Part shown: positions 57,430 through 64,000 of the stretch, one piece after another
How positions within the stretch are numbered: position 1 is the stretch's first letter
How the letters are laid out: each line of letters starts with the position of its first letter
Source of the DNA: Eledone cirrhosa
Lineage: Eukaryota
DNA length: 64,000 nucleotides
Assembly: GCA_964016885.1 (NCBI GenBank)
Contig: OZ024755.1
Coordinates: 26,412,001 to 26,476,000 of the forward strand
Reading direction: 5' to 3'
Notes under the pieces: generated by a model
What the model saw: only the letters and a program-made list of their open reading frames with translations
Told to the model about the DNA's origin: nothing
Databases searched by the model: none
Program-made: the position numbers and the translations under genes

Positions 57430-57740
57430 ATGATGGTTGCCCCCTCGTTATCGAGTATGGCCATTGCACGAATTATCAATTAATGCTATCGTGCAATGCT
57501 TGTGTGTGAAGATTTTTTTAAAGTGAGGAAAGACTGTGCACTGAGCCAACCCCACTCTCTGAGCGACAGTAGCTATAACCCGAAAAGAAGAAAAGATCAA
57601 CATCATCGGTAACTACTGAGCCGCAGGTTTTATGTCGTAGTTATACCAGTTTCCTGAGTTGCCTTCTCCTTGAAGAATGCCCTGACAAAGACTAGGGGTC
57701 CTTCACTCCCAGTGGTTTAACCGCGCGATCGGGTATTCAG
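57430..57740 (-). mobile_element. Older RTE-derived bipartite element
   Basis: ctagtctttgtcagggcattcttcaaggagaaggcaactc resembles the 600-bp family 5' part; ends caaccatcatgtatg. Confidence 0.55.
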
Positions 57741-58083
57741 CCTGACTATTTCTATGTCCTCGCGCATATACATAAACATGCACCCATGTATATACACATA
57801 TACATATATATGTACATGTGTATATACATATTTACACATTTTTGGATGGCCGTTGACTCTTATGAGTTCTTCCGCCCTTTGTCAGGTTTTGTTTTTTTGT
57901 CCTATACATACATACATACATGCATGCATGCATGCATACATACATATATGCGTACATACATACATACATACATACATACGTACATACATACATACATAGA
58001 TACATACGTACATACATACATACATACATACATACATACATACATACATACATACATACATACATACATACATACATACATAC

Positions 58084-58690
58084 ATGGTGGCTGCCAACCC
58101 GTTTTCGAGTACAGCCACTACTTTATATCCATGTAGGAGAACCCCTACCGATGCGCTGAACGAGTGTGACTTTTTAGTCCAGCCAGCGACTTGAAAACTG
58201 GTACAAACACTTCACTTGTGACAATTATTGACACATAGTGCTGGGCCCATGGTACCATGTGACGACAAGTGCAGAGAGATCTCCAGATATAAAGCAATGG
58301 CTGTGCCGTGAAGCTTTTATAGTGAGCAAAGGCACTGCACAAAGCCAGTCCCACTCTCTTAACCAAGATGATATTTACCAAAAAGAACAAGTCAACATCA
58401 TTGGATACCATCAGGGTTGCAGGTGTTATATCAGAGTTTTCCTTCTCCTAGAATTCTGCCTTGACAAAGGCTAAGGGGTCATCTCTCCCGGTGATTTTGG
58501 ATGGCCATTGACTCTTAAGAGCTCCTTTGCCCTTTGACAGGTTTTGTTTTTAGTTCTGCAGGATGTCCAAAGTCACCCTCCTCACCAAGAAACCTTGGTG
58601 GGGTTGTCAGTTTAGTCGCCAACGACCCGACCACAAGACAGGTTGTACTGGGATACATGTTACCAGTAGCACCAACTGGTGACCTGACAT
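58084..58690 (-). mobile_element. RTE-derived non-autonomous retroposon, full-length (~607 bp), (ATGT)n tail
   Basis: Spans atgtcaggtcacc to cagccaccat then (GTAT)n; extra 5' fragment at 57838-57902. Confidence 0.88.
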
Positions 58691-58707
58691 ATATATATAC
58701 GTACATA

Positions 58708-58748
<41 letters not shown>

Positions 58749-58766
58749 ACATACATGCATGCATAC

Positions 58767-59120
58767 ATGGCGGCTGCCAACTCGTTTTCAAGTACGGCCA
58801 CTACTTTATATCCATGTAGGAGAACCCCTACCGATGCGCTGAACGAGTGTGACTTTTTAGTCCAGCCAGCGACTTGAACACTCTAGTACAAACACTACAC
58901 CTGTGACAATTATTGACACATAGTGACGACAAGAGATCTCCAGATATAAAGCAATGCCTGTGCCGTGAAGCTTTTATAGTGAGCAAAGGCACTGCACAAA
59001 GCCAGTCCCACTCTCTTAACCAGGATGATATTTACCAAAAAGAAGAACAAGTCAACATCATTGGATACCATTAGAGTTGCAGGTGTTATATCAAAGTTTT
59101 CCTTCTCCTAGAATTCTGCC
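58767..59120 (-). mobile_element. RTE-derived non-autonomous retroposon, 5'-truncated
   Basis: Homology to the adjacent copy. Confidence 0.85.
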
Positions 59121-59125
59121 TATAT

Positions 59126-59425
<300 letters not shown>

Positions 59426-60089
59426 AAAAGTAGTTTTAGATTGATGTGTGATATTGGGAAAAAAAATTGAGGGGGTGGTGGAAAGGATGAAAAAGAGGAG
59501 GAGATGAGAATAAAGAATGGAGGGGAGGAGTATAATAAGGAAGGATGAGATAGGAGGAGAGATGGGTGATAGAGAGAGAGAGATAGCTTTATAACTGAGA
59601 AAAATATATTGTTTTACATAGAGAGGTTAAAAAACCGTTGGAAGATAATATATAAATTAAAAGAATTTGAAAATTAACGAAGTGAAAAATTTAAGAATAA
59701 TGTTAAATTAAGGTTTGTATATTGAAGGGTTTAATAATATGTGCGATGAAAAGAAATTGTTAATATGTATTAAGAATAATATTTAAGGGTTTTATATAAT
59801 ATGTGCGATGGAAAGAAATTGTTGATATGTATTATTAAAAATATAAAAATATAACAATAGTAATGTAATTAAGGATATATTGTGAAAAGAAGTAGAAGAG
59901 TGGATGAATGGATGAATTTGTGTAATGTGTATAAGTTAGATGAGCACGAAATGGAGAAAAAAATAATGAATTGAGGCTGAATAATCTAACGTCAAAAAAA
60001 TGTTTGTTTACGAAGGATTTTTCAAGGTGATATTATAAAGTATTTAAAGGGGTAAAGATATATTGTGGTGAGTAATAATGAGAATTGAG

Positions 60090-63195
<3,106 letters not shown>

Positions 63196-63197
63196 CC

Positions 63198-63288
63198 CGT
63201 GTCTGAAAGAACCCGCAGAAGTAGAATCAGCCAGATCCATACAAGGACCATGACTCGAGCTATATGCCGGCGAAACATTTGTAACACG
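63198..63288 (+). ncRNA. HHR variant with long helix-II insert and CUGAAAGA core
   Basis: CGUGU-CUGAAAGA-[~60 nt]-GAAAC-AUUU-GUA-ACACG. Confidence 0.65.
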
Positions 63289-63483
63289 AAATAAACTAAG
63301 TCCAGATGCATCACTGATTTTTCGTTTTCTTTATAATATCTACACTCTACTCTGAGGAATATCGAGTGCTAATTTTGGCAAACCGCCTACGAAAGCACCA
63401 TAGCTACCACTATACACAAATATATATATATATAACTTTTAAACTTGTTGAATCCCAACAAATTAAATATAACTTCTGCATAT

Positions 63484-63613
<130 letters not shown>

Positions 63614-63650
63614 CTTTTAAGCTTGTTGAATCCCAACAAATTAAATATAG

Positions 63651-63721
<71 letters not shown>

Positions 63722-63733
63722 TATATATATATA

Positions 63734-63813
<80 letters not shown>

Positions 63814-63829
63814 TGTATATATATATAAT

Positions 63830-63990
63830 CATCATCATCTTAAATCAGCATCATTTTACATCGGATTTCCTTGCAAGTATGTGCTGGACGAATTGTCACA
63901 GCCCAAGACTAAACGGACCGGAGAACCATACGTTCCAGATTTTAGCATGACTAATATGGCTGGATGCCCTTCCTAACTCTAACCACATTC
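63830..63990 (-). mobile_element. Degenerate SINE 3' portion
   Basis: (CAT)n start and ggctggatgcccttcctaac motif. Confidence 0.6.
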
Positions 63991-64000
63991 AGTGTACTAG

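Overview
Eukaryotic, extremely AT- and microsatellite-rich non-genic DNA; the SINE families and repeat landscape look cephalopod (octopus-like), which is my inference. I found no supportable host-gene exon, and almost all long ORFs are (TA)n/(CA)n/(ATGT)n artefacts. The window is a retroelement graveyard: a young 5'-truncated Tx1/L1-type LINE in (TCTA)n, R4/Dong-like RLE LINE ends in (ATAC)n, RTE-type ends with a ~600-bp RTE-derived non-autonomous family, tRNA-derived SINEs, MITEs and Penelope-like (PLE) remnants. The main signal is roughly 25 type-I hammerhead ribozyme (HHR) motifs, intact and decayed, from more than 10 unrelated sequence families. Most lie in short non-coding cassettes between (TA)n tracts, and several are fold-back palindromes carrying the ribozyme on both strands. 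They include U3:A8 compensatory-core variants and HHRs with 60-100 nt helix-II extensions. All structures were folded by eye, so none is tested for activity.
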